Assembly (NCBI GenBank): GCA_951406725.2
Contig: OX597816.1
Coordinates: 44,268,001-44,332,000 of the forward strand
Reading direction: 5' to 3'
DNA: 64,000 bases
From: Octopus vulgaris
Lineage: Eukaryota
Made by a program: the position numbers and the translations under genes
Shown here: positions 37,535 to 52,810 of the stretch, piece after piece
Position numbering within the stretch: the first letter of the stretch is position 1
Layout of the letters: each line of letters opens with the position of its first letter
Notes under the pieces: model-generated
What the model saw: only the letters and a program-made list of their open reading frames with translations
Databases searched by the model: none
What the model was told of the DNA's origin: nothing

Positions 37535-38006
37535 TCAATTTAGGGTAGCAAAAAATTCAATAGAAATTTATCGCTACCAGCGGCCTAGTGGAAAAGAGAA
37601 TATAGTCAAAGACTAAATTGATTAATTGATAATTTTCTGACTAATTCTGAGATTGAATCGGCAGTTTATATTTACTGCTGATAAGTTGGCGCGAATACGT
37701 TGGTCTTGAAAATTTTAAGACAGATATTCCGGAGGCATTGATACAGACGCCTCGTGTATATTTGTCTCTCCCAGGTTTTTTCTGATGAAGTGTGATGAGC
37801 TTAATTTAATTTAATTAAGCTATAGTTTATCATTAAAAACGATGCATCGTATAAAAGATGAATTAGGGTATACGTTTTTAAATTTATTTTATTTATTTAT
37901 AAATTTATAAGTATAAATTGATAATTTAAATAATTTTTAAAATTTTAACTTTAAATTTAAATTATTTAAATTTTGAATTTTATATATTTTGTATATTATA
38001 TTAATT

Positions 38007-38639
38007 GGATCTTTTCTATTCTGAAGCCAGTTTTTTCAAATTTTTCCTACTGAACCAAACAATTTGAAACTTCGTATACTGGTAGAATGTGTCAAAAGTA
38101 AACTTAATTGTAAACCAGAATGAAAACGGAATTGTAACTTCTAAGTTTAACGTTGTTTAATAATTAGAATTTTATCCAATGATATTCCGTCATTCGGCTT
38201 TATTTTATTTACTCCGTCTCGACCACCAATTTCGTGACGTATTAAACATCTTAAATGTAAACAAGCTATAGTCAGCCACCTTCTAATAACAAAAGTTTGT
38301 CTTTGAAGTTACCGTCTAGGGGAAGCATTGATGTACATGTGTGTGTGTGTGTGTGTTTGATGGGGTGTGGGAGACAGTATGTTGTGTAAGTGAAGTGCTT
38401 CTGTTAGTGTGTGTGAAGAGACAGAGAGAGTAATGTGTGAAAGAGAGAGATAACTGAAATTTTTTACTCGGTGTATGTGTATATGCCTGAATGTATGTGT
38501 GTACGTATCTGTGTATGTGTATGTATGTATGTATGTATGTATGGCCGATTCAATGTAATTTTTTACACATACTTACACACACACACACACATACATACAC
38601 ACACACATGCAGACATACATATACACATACACCGAGTAA

Positions 38640-38684
<45 letters not shown>

Positions 38685-39201
38685 TTTATAAAAATATGGT
38701 AAAGTAAAAAAATTACTTAACCACACACCGAGCTTTTTAGAAATAGCAGCCAAAAATTTCTCAACTGCAAGAAAAAGTCTCCCAGACAATGCATACTCAG
38801 AAATAATTCACATACGTATAAGAGAAAAGCAACGAAAAATCACATGGATTCTCCGATATATGTTATAAAAATATGGATTCTCCGATATAATTTATAAAAA
38901 TATGGTAAAGTAAAAAAATTACTTTACCACACACAAACTTTTTAGAAATAGCAGACGTCACAAAACTGCTTTCAACGTCACACTAACAGATCGCAGTAAC
39001 GTTTTAGATATGAAAACAAGCAATCTCATTGGTTAAAATTCGCAGTTTTAATCTACGATTAAAGTCATAAAATAGATTTTTCTCAAATAAACTAGTTCCA
39101 ACTGGCGAATAAACTAGTTCCACTCTATGAGTACACAAAGTTTCAAATTATTTAGTTAACTAGAAAGATCTGGGGTCCTGGCCACAAATTTGAAAAGATC
39201 C
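38007..39201. mobile_element. Non-autonomous DNA transposon with GGATCTTTTC TIRs and 8-bp TSD tattaatt
   Basis: tattaatt|ggatcttttc ... gaaaagatcc|tattaatt. Subterminal aaacttcgtatact(g/t)gtagaatgtg is shared with the 57765 element. Confidence 0.8.
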
Positions 39202-39278
39202 TATTAATTAATTTCATTTCTATGTATTGATTTATGTTTTTCACTGTTTGATTTGCCTAATAGTGGTTTTATCTCTAA

Positions 39279-39318
<40 letters not shown>

Positions 39319-41704
39319 TATATGTGTGTGCGTGTATGTATATATGCATGCATGTTGGGACAAATAAATGCGTTCCTGAAATGATCTTCCCTCCTCTTGC
39401 GTATAGCCTATCTAAGTTTACTCTACCTAGTGTCTCCCGGTTCTTTCCAACGCAGTTGAATGTTATTCGAAAGAGATTTGCTGTCTTTTCTAACAAGCCC
39501 AGCACCCACATACAAACTATCTCACCCATTGATTCATGTTTCTGTGTGTCAGTGTATAGAAATTCATCTGTAGGAGGAGTTGGAGATGTTCTTAGAAATG
39601 TTATGTATACGCTAGCTTGTCAAGTAAATAATGATACTGGAAAAAAATTATAGAACTAGAGGACAAATCAAAAAAAAAAAAAGAAAGAAAAGAAAGAAAA
39701 ATTATCCTTTGGTTTCTCAATGGTTGTATCTGTCAGCTTTCGCATCTATCAATCAGTGTATGGTTGTGAATAATTTATTGATTCAAGTTGTATATATAAA
39801 CAATTTGCATTAAATATAAACCACAGATATTCCGATCAATGACATGAAAACAAAATTCACGTACCGTATCTTTTTTTGCTTTTTTTGCTTTTTCAGTTTA
39901 GTTATTACCAGAGTAGTGTGGCTTCTTGTTTTTTTTTTAGAACTATTAACCTCATTTATTTTGTTTCGCATTCACAAAACATTTTCGAAGTGTATAGCAT
40001 AATGGATTAGAACTGAGGGAGGAAAAAAAGCGTGTTAAATATAAAAGTTCAATGTTCAAACGTAGCCTGAATACAAGGAAGAATATATGTTATTTTTATT
40101 TTTATTGTATTAGCATTACCTTTTCACCAGAAATACTGTGGTTTGGGGAACTACTGTTGCTTCTGTTATATTCCTGGAAAGCAACTCTCTTCCACACATT
40201 ATTTTTAGAGTTGTTTCGATCCTACTGAATAAAGCTTCTCGTTTTGTGGGTTCTTTTTTTTTTTGACAAGTGATTATGAGGTAACTAGTTTATTTTTAGT
40301 AATAAAAGTAAAAGACATAATATGAAACATTTTTACTAATAGAATTAGCAGTAAAAACTGAATGAAGATTAACAGGGGAGTGATACCGCTTATAGGTTTA
40401 AGCTCGTTGAGAAAACGACTACTTGTACTATGGGACTTGCGGTATTTCCTAACCAGATACGAGGATAAAAATTAAGTGTAAACCTCAAATTATTTACAAG
40501 TACTTTTCCTAATCATTGATGATGTCTTATTATTGTACCATATCTATAACAAAGTGAAAGCACAAAGGCTGTTGGAGACTAATTGTTTTTAACATAATAA
40601 AATAAATTTTAACCGATTACAAAGTTGTAGCTTGATTACCGCTAGCATATTTGGAACGACTTATCCAAACATTCTGAATTGCATCGGAAAAGTCACCCAG
40701 TCGAATAGCAAAGACTCTTCAACGAAAACACGTTGTCCATTCACCCACTGATATGTTAGCCTCTCTCTGTTCCTCTTACTTTCTCGCCATCTCCCTCTGT
40801 TTCTCCCCCTCTCTATCTCACTCTCTGTCTCCTTCTCTCTCCCTCACTCGTTTCTATCACTACACAAAAATCCCTTCTCTTAGCTATCATATTCGTATAT
40901 ATCACCTCCATCGTTATCTACCCTATGCAATAGCTTCCCATATCATTTGTAATGTGTCTCACTTTTAGATCCCTTACGAATAAAACCGTCCCTAATCCTG
41001 CTTTAAAATTCTTCGTCCACGATTCTTTTTATTCACACACCAATCTATATAAGGCCAAACATAACATCACGACTCTTATCAGCCCGGAAGTGTCTACTAA
41101 AGTCGTAAATGCTGTCCATTGTCGTCGCCCAAATAATTAGTTTAAAAATAGTGTAGTCTAGTTGAGTAAACAGAAACACAAAAGATATGATTAACAGAGC
41201 TGACAGCACAAATTGCTCTGAAAGCTACGGTAATGGATTTTGACATGTTAATTGATGTGCGTGTATGTATGAGTCGCTGTGTTTATGTATTATGAGTTGC
41301 CGTGTTTATGTATGAGTTGCTCTGTATATGAAAGTTGAGTTTTGATTTTAAGTTACTACGTTAGATACGGTTGACACGGCTGAAATCTCTCATTTGCAAT
41401 AGCTTCTTGATATTCGTCTCTCACCAAAACTAGCAAAGTAAATAAATTCTCTCCAAGTTCATCACAGGACCTACCTTCATTTTTATGCGTAAGAAGGCTT
41501 ATGGGAGAATTCATGTGCGTTAATCTCACCAATATGTATGCTATTATGTTAGTAGGGCAACGATCAGCAACTGGTGACTTTCGTAACTAGCTCTGTGTGT
41601 TTTTCCTGGAAGTTTCCCAGCAGATTATAACTGAAGTTTCCCGTTACTTTCTTACAGGTGTTGTGTTTAGGAGACGCCATCTTATCGGTTTCTCTTTCTC
41701 TCTC

Positions 41705-41915
41705 TTTTCTCTTTTACTTGTTTCAGTCATTTTGACTGCGGCCATGCTGGAGCACAGCCTTTAATCATCGAGCAACTTATTCTTTGTAAGCCCAGTACTT
41801 ACTCTATCGGTCTCTTTGCCGAACCGCTAGTTGACTGGGACGTAAACACACCAGCATCGGCTGTCAAGCGATGATGGAGGGGGGGGGGGGGGCAAACACA
41901 GACATACAAACTCAT

Positions 41916-41968
<53 letters not shown>

Positions 41969-42133
41969 TACGACATGCTTCTTTCAGTTTCCGTCTACTA
42001 AATCCACTCACAAGGCTTTGGTCGACCTGAGGCTATGGTAGAAGACACTTGCCCAAGGTGCCACGGAGTGGGACTGAACCCGAAACCATGTGGTTGGTAA
42101 ACAAGCTACTTACCACACAGCCACTCCTGCGCC
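41705..42133 (-). mobile_element. SINE family A, full length, uninterrupted target site
   Basis: Reverse complement of the 30896-31324 family. Confidence 0.9.
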
Positions 42134-42419
42134 TTTTATATCCTTTTATATCCTGGTTTATATCCTCTTTCTAAGAAATTGAGGAGAGAAGACGTATCAA
42201 TAGAAATATTTGATTCTTGATGAAAGATTATGTTTGATTCCGATTGAAAGTGAACTCAAAGTGTAGAGAGCGAGAGCAAACGCCACAAGTTTCTAATGAT
42301 TCTGTCATTTCGCTTCGTTTTTAGCTTCTGCAGCAGAAGGGAAAGTACAGACATAGTCTCCAGCCACAGTCGGTGTTTATAACGTTTAGAATTAGTCATA
42401 AAGGAAAATGTTTAGTTCC

Positions 42420-42453
<34 letters not shown>

Positions 42454-43024
42454 ATGCATATCTGAATGTTCATAAGTGCCTGAGAATCAAAGTCTGTGTT
42501 AAAATGTGTTATTGAAAACTGATATATCAATGTGTATTTATATGTAGGCTTTCAAGATGTGGTTGCGTCAACTCACGTTTCCATATATCTGTGTGTAAGT
42601 AAATGATTCGGTGTTTGTTTACTTCTCTCACGGACTGACTGTCAATATGTGTGTGTATATGTGTGCGTACATGTGTGTGTGTGTGTTCGTATGTGTATGT
42701 GTATGTGTGCGCGTGTTGAGTTATACGTGCGTGCATGTACTCGTCTCCTCTCCATACGCTGTGTCATTACTGTATGTTCAACATGTTCATATGCATGTAT
42801 GTGTGCATGCCGTTGCACATCTGTATGTACTTAGACTGTCCACTTCACTCTGTCATTACCACCTTTAATGAACATTTACACCAGCAAATGTAATATGTAA
42901 TCGTTATCATGAATATTTAATCTACAGACACAATCACTCTCGTAATTATTCCATGCAACCGCCTCATCTCTCGACATATTTGCTTCTATGAACGCATCTG
43001 TCTCTTACACACACACACACACAC

Positions 43025-43066
<42 letters not shown>

Positions 43067-43095
43067 GCACGCGGATACATACATACATACATACA

Positions 43096-43128
<33 letters not shown>

Positions 43129-43572
43129 GTGTCTGTGAGTGTGTGCGTTTATGTATGTGATTTTAGGAAATATTAATATGCGATTGCGTATGTTTTTAAT
43201 TGAACAAGTATAAGTATCTTTATGTGTGTGAGTGTGTATCTGTGTATTCGGTCTGTATATGTGTGAACATGAGTTTATAATTGTTTGCATCTATAATGTA
43301 GCGAGTTAGGAGTTGGTTTGAGTTTCACACTTTCGCCTCGGTTAAGGACAACTCGGCTAAATTGCTGCATATGCATCTGCTCATAGACGAGAGTGATCAA
43401 TCATGTATAGACTATATACTGTAGTTAGACATATTTCATTTAACAGTACAGCTCATCATTACTTTCATGTTGCATTAGTCATATTCAAATATTTGAGAAT
43501 AGCTGTTATCCTCGTAAAGGATTTTGGGAATATGGAAAACCACTCTTTCCAGCCATTCATACCTCTCGCTTT

Positions 43573-43609
<37 letters not shown>

Positions 43610-44054
43610 AGACCAAAGTGTACGTACGCCGCTATATATATAAAATACAAAAAGGGACAACAAAACATCCAGATAGACGATACAAAGAAAACAAGGACGG
43701 GTCATTCGAAGTTTTCTTTCCTCAGTCAAGCACCAGATTATCCTTGCAATTTCGGCTGATCATTCTTGAGATTGCTGCAATCTGGTCAGCCCCAAGGAAA
43801 AACTAAGCTAAGAGCATTAGATACTTTGGAAGAAAGCAGCGAATGTATACAAAAATAAGGGCAGAAAAAATGGACAATATTGCACAAATATAAATACAAT
43901 AAAATTAATAACAGGACAAAATAACAGGTGTCATCGAATAAGGACGAATTGGATTAAGCTGGCGCGTGTGGAAATGAAGCCTTGCGGCAGAAATCGTCTA
44001 TCTGGATGATTTGTTGTCACTTTTTGTATATTTCATATATATATACACTTTGAC

Positions 44055-44420
44055 TATTCTTACGTTCTGAATTCAAATTATGTCGAGATCAAATTTGCCT
44101 TTCATCATTTCGGGCTTGATAAAATAAGTACCAGGTGAACATAGAGGTCGATGTAATTGACTTTATCTCAACCCCAAACTGCTGGTCTTGTGACAGAATT
44201 TTAAATCAATACACATAAATACAATTATATTATTAGTTTCAAATTTTGGCAGAAGGTCAGCAATTTCGAGGAGGGAATAAGTCGCTCAACTGGCACTCAT
44301 TTTATTGACTTCGAACAGCTAAGGAGGCATCGGCTGAATTTGGACCCAGAGAGTAAAAATTGGACGAAATATCGCCAAGCATTTTGCTCAGTGTGCAAAC
44401 GTTTCTGCCGGATCACCACT
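44055..44420. mobile_element. Two old Nin-core SINE fragments in opposite orientations
   Basis: tttgcctttcatcatttcgggcttgataaaataagtacca on plus, and a diverged reverse copy at 44240-44420. Confidence 0.6.
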
Positions 44421-44847
44421 CATTCACACACAGACACACACACACACGCCAAATAAACACACTAAACAGACATACAAGTTCATTCACGAGCGTGCACACA
44501 AACACACACGAAATATATACGTAGAACAATCACATATACAAATGCATTCAAAGGCTTGTCACACACACGAAATTGCATTCAAACACTCACACATCTACAT
44601 CAGTCGCAACAACACCCCTCCATCTAATAACCACACTAATCCCTTGCACACTCACAAATCCACACATCTGCTATTGTCGCCAGTACACACACTCACTAAC
44701 TCAAACACACGCACACATACACACACACACACACACACACAGACACACACACAAATACATTCACAGACACACACACGCGCGCGCACACATGCACGTACTC
44801 AACAACTTTATATATAAATTTACATATATGTTTATAGATAAAGAGAT

Positions 44848-44931
<84 letters not shown>

Positions 44932-45386
44932 CTAACAACGACTTTTGGTGCTCCAAATTACCTAACATATATGGACAATGTTAAATTTTATAAAACAATA
45001 AAAAAAATTCAAAATCTCAATATATATTAACCCACTTTCTAACTGTGTCACCAGCTGAAACTAGTCTAAACAATTAAGTGGGAAGTAAAACAGTCACACT
45101 AGTAGTTTCTGTGTCAATGCGTTTATTAACTTAAAATAATGCAACAAGATGAATACCAGAGACAGTAAAGATAGAGAACATCAATTGTCATAACGTCCCA
45201 TTAGTCCACGAGAGCCAACCATACCATCATACAGCGTACGTTTTAGGGAACGACGATCCTTATATTGGCGACTATATTTCATGGAAAATGCAAGCAAATC
45301 TTTTTCATCTCACACCATACACATTTAAACGAGGAAACGACGCTTTGAATAACGTAGATTTAGATCCCCTTGAAAATATGGGTAAG

Positions 45387-48300
45387 TGTTATATTGCAAT
45401 ACTACACAGTGGCTGTGTGAGCTACGAAATCCTTGTCGCCACTTATATCGCAATACTACACAGTGGCTGTGTGAGCTACGAAATCCTTGTCGCCACTTAT
45501 ATCGCAATACTACACAGTGGCTGTGTGAGCTACGAAATCCTTGTCGCCACTGTTATATCGCAATACTACACAGTGGCTGTGTGAGCTACGAAATCCTTGT
45601 CTCCACTGTTATATCGCAATACTACACAGTGGCTGTGTGAGCTACGAAATCCTTGTCTCCACTGTTATATCGCAATACTACACAGTGGCTGTGTGAGCTA
45701 CGAAATCCTTGTCGCCACTGTTATATCGCAATACTACACAGTGGCTGTGTGAGCTACGAAATCCTTGTCGCCACTGTTATATCGCAATACTACACAGTGG
45801 CTGTGTGAGCTACGAAATCCTTGTCGCCACTGTTATATCGCAATACTACACAGTGGCTGTGTGAGCTACGAAATCCTTGTCGCCACTGTTATATCGCAAT
45901 ACTACACAGTGGCTGTGTGAGCTACGAAATCCTTGTCGCCACTGTTATATCGCAATACTACACAGTGGCTGTGTGAGCTACGAAATCCGCGTTGCCACTG
46001 TTATATCGCAATACTACACAGTGGCTGTGTGAGCTACGAAATCCTTGTCGCCACTGTTATATCGCAATACTACACAGTGGCTGTGTGAGCTGCGAAATCC
46101 TTGTCGCCACTGTTATATCGCAATACTACACAGTGGCTGTGTGAGCTACGAAATCCTTGTCGCCACTGTTATATCGCAATACTACACAGTGGCTGTGTGA
46201 GCTACGAAATCCTTGTCGCCACTGTTATATCGCAATACTACACAGTGGCTGTGTGAGCTACGAAATCCGCGTTGCCACTGTTATATCGCAATACTACACA
46301 GTGGCTGTGTGAGCTACGAAATCCTTGTCGCCACTGTTATATCGCAATACTACACAGTGGCTGTGTGAGCTACGAAATCCTTGTCGCCACTGTTATATCG
46401 CAATACTACACAGTGGCTGTGTGAGCTACGAAATCCTTGTCGCCACTGTTATATCGCAATACTACACAGTGGCTGTGTGAGCTACGAAATCCTTGTCGCC
46501 ACTGTTATATCGCAATACTACACAGTGGCTGTGTGAGCTACGAAATCCTTGTCGCCACTGTTATATCGCAATACTACACAGTGGCTGTGTGAGCTACGAA
46601 ATCCGCGTTGCCACTGTTATATCGCAATACTACACAGTGGCTGTGTGAGCTACGAAATCCTTGTCGCCACTTATATCGCAATACTACACAGTGGCTGTGT
46701 GAGCTACGAAATCCTTGTCGCCACTGTTATATCGCAATACTACACAGTGACTGTGTGAGCTACGAAATCCTTGTCGCCACTTATATCGCAATACTACACA
46801 GTGGCTGTGTGAGCTACGAAATCCTTGTCGCCACTGTTATATCGCAATACTACACAGTGGCTGTGTGAGCTACGAAATCCTTGTCGCCACTGTTATATCG
46901 CAATACTACACAGTGGCTGTGTGAGCTACGAAATCCGCGTTGCCACTGTTATATCGCAATACTACACAGTGGCTGTGTGAGCTACGAAATCCTTGTCGCC
47001 ACTTATATCGCAATACTACACAGTGGCTGTGTGAGCTACGAAATCCTTGTCGCCACTGTTATATCGCAATACTACACAGTGGCTGTGTGAGCTACGAAAC
47101 CCTTGTCGCCACTGTTATATCGCAATACTACACAGTGGCTGTGTGAGCTACGAAATCCTTGTCGCCACTGTTATATCGCAATACTACACAGTGGCTGTGT
47201 GAGCTACGAAATCCTCGCCGCCACTATTATATCGCAATACTACACAGTGGCTGTGTGAGCTACGAAATCCTTGTCTCCACTGTTATATCGCAATACTACA
47301 CAGTGGCTGTGTGAGCTACGAAATCCTTGTCGCCACTGTTATATCGCAATACTACACAGTGGCTGTGTGAGCTACGAAATCCTTGTCGCCACTTATATCG
47401 CAATACTACACAGTGGCTGTGTGAGCTACGAAATCCTTGTCTCCACTGTTATATCGCAATACTACACAGTGGCTGTGTGAGCTACGAAATCCTTGTCGCC
47501 ACTTATATCGCAATACTACACAGTGGCTGTGTGAGCTACGAAATCCTTGTCTCCACTGTTATATCGCAATACTACACAGTGGCTGTGTGAGCTACGAAAT
47601 CCTTGTCTCCACTGTTATATCGCAATACTACACAGTGGCTGTGTGAGCTACGAAATCCTTGTCGCCACTGTTATATCGCAATACTACACAGTGGCTGTGT
47701 GAGCTACGAAATCCTTGTCGCCACTGTTATATCGCAATACTACACAGTGGCTGTGTGAGCTACGAAATCCTTGTCGCCACTGTTATATCGCAATACTACA
47801 CAGTGGCTGTGTGAGCTACGAAATCCTTGTCGCCACTGTTATATCGCAATACTACACAGTGGCTGTGTGAGCTACGAAATCCTTGTCGCCACTGTTATAT
47901 CGCAATACTACACAGTGGCTGTGTGAGCTACGAAATCCTTGTCGCCACTGTTATATCGCAATACTACACAGTGGCTGTGTGAGCTACGAAATCTGTCGCC
48001 ACTGTTATATCCTTACACAGTGGCGCACGAAACTGTTATATCGCAATACTACACAGTGGCTGTGTGAGCTACGAAATCCTTGTCGCCACTGTTATATCGC
48101 AATACTACACAGTGGCTGTGTGAGCTACGAAATCCTTGTCGCCACTGTTATATCGCAATACTACACAGTGGCTGTGTGAGCTACGAAATCCTTGTCTCCA
48201 CTGTTATATCGCAATACTACACAGTGACTGTGTGAGCTACGAAATCCTTGTCTCCACTGTTATATCGCAATACTACACAGTGGCTGTGTGAGCTACGAAA

Positions 48301-51300
48301 TCCTTGTCGCCACTGTTATATCGCAATACTACACAGTGGCTGTGTGAGCTACGAAATCCTTGTCTCCACTGTTATATCGCAATACTACACAGTGGCTGTG
48401 TGAGCTACGAAATCCTTGTCGCCACTGTTATATCGCAATACTACACAGTGGCTGTGTGAGCTACGAAATCCTTGTCTCCACTGTTATATCGCAATACTAC
48501 ACAGTGGCTGTGTGAGCTACGAAATCCTTGTCGCCACTTATATCGCAATACTACACAGTGGCTGTGTGAGCTACGAAATCCTTGTCGCCACTGTTATATC
48601 GCAATACTACACAGTGGCTGTGTGAGCTACGAAATCCTTGTCGCCACTGTTATATCGCAATACTACACAGTGGCTGTGTGAGCTACGAAATCCTTGTCGC
48701 CACTGTTATATCGCAATACTACACAGTGGCTGTGTGAGCTACGAAATCCTTGTCGCCACTGTTATATCGCAATACTACACAGTGGCTGTGTGAGCTACGA
48801 AATCCTTGTCGCCACTGTTATATCGCAATACTACACAGTGGCTGTGTGAGCTACGAAATCCTTGTCGCCACTATTATATCGCAATACTACACAGTGGCTG
48901 TGTGAGCTACGAAATCCTTGTCGCCACTGTTATATCGCAATACTACACAGTGGCTGTGTGCTACGAAATCCTTGTCCCACTGTTATATCGCAATACTACA
49001 CAGTGGCTGTGTCCTTGTCGCCACTGTTATATCGCAATACTACACAGTGGCTGTGTGAGCTACGAAATCCTTGTCGCCACTGTTATATCGCAATACTACA
49101 CAGTGGCTGTGTGAGCTATCGAAATCCTTGTCGCCACTGTTATATCGCAATACTACACAGTGGCTGTGTGAGCTACGAAATCCTTGTCGCCACTGTTATA
49201 TCGCAATACTACACAGTGGCTGTGTGAGCTACGAAATCCTTGTCGCCACTGTTATATCGCAATACTACACAGTGGCTGTGTGAGCTACGAAATCCTTGTC
49301 GCCACTGTTATATCGCAATACTACACAGTGGCTGTGTGAGCTACGAAATCCTTGTCGCCACTGTTATATCGCAATACTACACAGTGGCTGTGTGAGCTAC
49401 GAAATCCTTGTCGCCACTGTTATATCGCAATACTACACAGTGGCTGTGTGAGCTACGAAATCCTCGCCGCCACTGTTATATCGCAATACTACACAGTGGC
49501 TGTGTGAGCTACGAAATCCTTGTCGCCACTGTTATATCGCAATACTACACAGTGGCTGTGTGAGCTACGAAATCCTTGTCGCCACTGTTATATCGCAATA
49601 CTACACAGTGGCTGTGTGAGCTACGAAATCCTTGTCGCCACTGTTATATCGCAATACTACACAGTGGCTGTGTGAGCTACGAAATCCTTGTCGCCACTGT
49701 TATATCGCAATACTACACAGTGGCTGTGTGAGCTACGAAATCCTTGTCGCCACTGTTATATCGCAATACTACACAGTGGCTGTGTGAGCTACGAAATCCT
49801 TGTCGCCACTGTTATATCGCAATACTACACAGTGGCTGTGTGAGCTACGAAATCCTTGTCGCCACTGTTATATCGCAATACTACACAGTGGCTGTGTGAG
49901 CTACGAAATCCTTGTCGCCACTGTTATATCGCAATACTACACAGTGGCTGTGTGAGCTACGAAATCCTTGTCGCCACTGTTATATCGCAATACTACACAG
50001 TGGCTGTGTGAGCTACGAAATCCTTGTCGCCACTGTTATATCGCAATACTACATAGTGGCTGTGTGAGCTACGAAATCCTTGTCGCCACTGTTATATCGC
50101 AATACTACACAGTGGCTGTGTGAGCTACGAAATCCTTGTCGCCACTGTTATATCGCAATACTACACAGTGGCTGTGTGAGCTACGAAATCCTTGTCGCCA
50201 CTGTTATATCGCAATACTACACAGTGGCTGTGTGAGCTACGAAATCCTTGTCGCCACTGTTATATCGCAATACTACACAGTGGCTGTGTGAGCTACGAAA
50301 TCCTTGTCGCCACTGTTATATCGCAATACTACACAGTGTCCCACTGTGTGAGCTACGAAATCCTTGTCGCCACTGTTATATCGCAATACTACACAGTGGC
50401 TGTGTGAGCTACGAAATCCTTGTCGCCACTGTTATATCGCAATACTACACAGTGGCTGTGTGAGCTACGAAATCCTTGTCTCCACTGTTATATCGCAATA
50501 CTACACAGTGGCTGTGTGAGCTACGAAATCCTTGTCGCCACTGTTATATCGCAATACTACACAGTGGCTGTGTGAGCTACGAAATCCTTGTCGCCACTGT
50601 TATATCGCAATACTACACAGTGGCTGTGTGAGCTACGAAATCCTGTGTGAGCTACGAAATCGCCACTGTTATATCGCAATACTACACAGTGGCTGTGTGA
50701 GCTACGAAATCCTTGTCGCCACTGTTATATCGCAATACTACACAGTGGCTGTGTGAGCTACGAAATCCTTGTCGCCACTGTTATATCGCAATACTACACA
50801 GTGGCTGTGTGAGCTACGAAATCCTTGTCGCCACTGTTATATCGCAATACTACACAGTGGCTGTGTGAGCTACGAAATCCTTGTCGCCACCCACTTTATA
50901 TCGCAATACTACACAGTGGCTGTGTGAGCTACGAAATCCTTGTCGCCACTATTATATCGCAATACTACACAGTGGCTGTGTGAGCTACGAAATCCTTGTC
51001 TCCACTGTTATATCGCAATACTACACAGTGGCTGTGTGAGCTATGAAATCCTTGTCGCCACTATTATATCGCAATACTACACAGTGGCTGTGTGAGCTAC
51101 GAAATCCTTGTCTCCACTGTTATATCGCAATACTACACAGTGGCTGTGTGAGCTACGAAATCCTTGTCGCCACTGTTATATCGCAATACTACACAGTGGC
51201 TGTGTGAGCTACGAAATCCTTGTCGCCACTATTATATCGCAATACTACACAGTGGCTGTGTGAGCTACGAAATCCTCGCCGCCACTATTATATCGCAATA

Positions 51301-51346
51301 CTACACAGTGGCTGTGTAAGCTACGAAATCCTTGTCGCCCCTGTTA
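45387..51346. repeat. Satellite array, 56-bp unit, about 106 copies
   Basis: Unit TGTTATATCGCAATACTACACAGTGGCTGTGTGAGCTACGAAATCCTTGTCGCCAC, with 54-bp and substitution variants and no unique spacers. Confidence 0.98.
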
Positions 51347-51754
51347 TGTCGCTCGTTCGAATGCCTTCTACTCAACTCTACTCTCCTCCTCTCCACTCTA
51401 TATCTACGTATTGGGCTAGCCTACTTCATCGACTGGGGGCGTCCACACAACAGTAAGTCACTGCAAGACTGCTTTGCTCATGGTTTTTACCAATCACCAT
51501 CAAAATGAAAATAAAAACCAGCAACAACAATAACAACGACGTTGGTGGCAACATCATCAACTAAACAAGAGCGACAAAGATGCCTACAAGAACATCAACA
51601 ACAATGCGAACCACAGCAAGATTACAGATATATACTTAATATTTATGAGTGTGCATCATACGGCAAAGGTAACACATTTCATACGATAAAGCTTTGCATG
51701 TCGAAACATGCACCATATTTCTGTGCGGGAGCTTGATATATATATAAATATATA

Positions 51755-51788
<34 letters not shown>

Positions 51789-52810
51789 TGTGTGTCTGTG
51801 TGTATATATATGTATGTTTGTGCTTGCATGCGTGCGTGTGTATCTGCCGCGCGCGTGCTTATAGTATTATGCTTCGATGGATAATTGATGTTTTACTTAA
51901 GAGTAGCCTATGTAAATCCGAGTATGTTGCTACAGTACTAAGTTGACAATTTAAATCATGTATTGGAAAGTTCATTGAATAATAGATAACTTCCTGTTCA
52001 CACTTTGACAGGATGTCGTAGATTCGAATTTTGAGATTACACCGAAAACGGAGAGGTGCAGTGTGATATGATAAAATTACGAGAGTAAATAATGGGGACA
52101 GGTGATCTGTTGTTTAGTCGGATACTCCAAAGGTGTTACCTAAATCTATTGAGAAATCTCCGGCTAATTTGTGATAAGAAAATCGATTCACATAATATAC
52201 ACACCTAGCATTCTATGAAGTTCTTCCAGGTACAGACAAAACGGTCGGTGTGATGCAGGTAGTTTTTGTTAGGACAGGTAAAGGTAATGATCTGGGAGAG
52301 GAAGCGGTTAGTGTGGCAAAGTAGACAGGGGATGGAAAGATCTAGATCAGGTGCGGGAGAAGAGAGGTGTCACGAATCAGTAGCTCTTGCAATTTGTGGG
52401 CATAATCAAAGGAGAAAGATATAAATTGCAAAAGAGGCAGGAACTAGCGAGATCGGACGGTAGTTTTGTAGAATCGAAGGGCAGTGTACAGGAGAGGTTA
52501 GATATAGGAGTTGTAAATGAAGAGGAGGGAAGACAGTTGTTTGTGAGGTAGCTATAAGTTAAATGAGTGGTGATGTGGTTTATTTTGTAGGAAAGTATGA
52601 GGGCACCTTGGAGTAAGGTCGGGTTACACTCAACTTCTAGTCATTTCAGAACATACGTTCAGAGTAGAATGTAGGGACCATGAGAAGTGGATCGTATACT
52701 CAAAACGGGTTGTCAGACTGTCTGGAATGGTAGAGAGTAAGGGAAATGGAATGTGGATTAGCGGTTAGCGTTTTAGATACAATATAGGTGTAAGAAGGAG
52801 AAAATGCTGT

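Noticed and set aside
43690-43800. Hammerhead on the minus strand
   Set aside because: A stem II-like hairpin and GAAA are present, but no properly placed CUGANGA or UH site.
45387-51346. CRISPR array, or coding repeat (many MSPLLYRNTTQW ORFs)
   Set aside because: Units are contiguous with no unique spacers, there are no cas genes, the context is eukaryotic, and the 56-bp unit is not a multiple of 3.
51960-52770. Possible old retroelement remnant (also 59080-59900)
   Set aside because: Composition is suggestive, but no diagnostic motif could be read with confidence.
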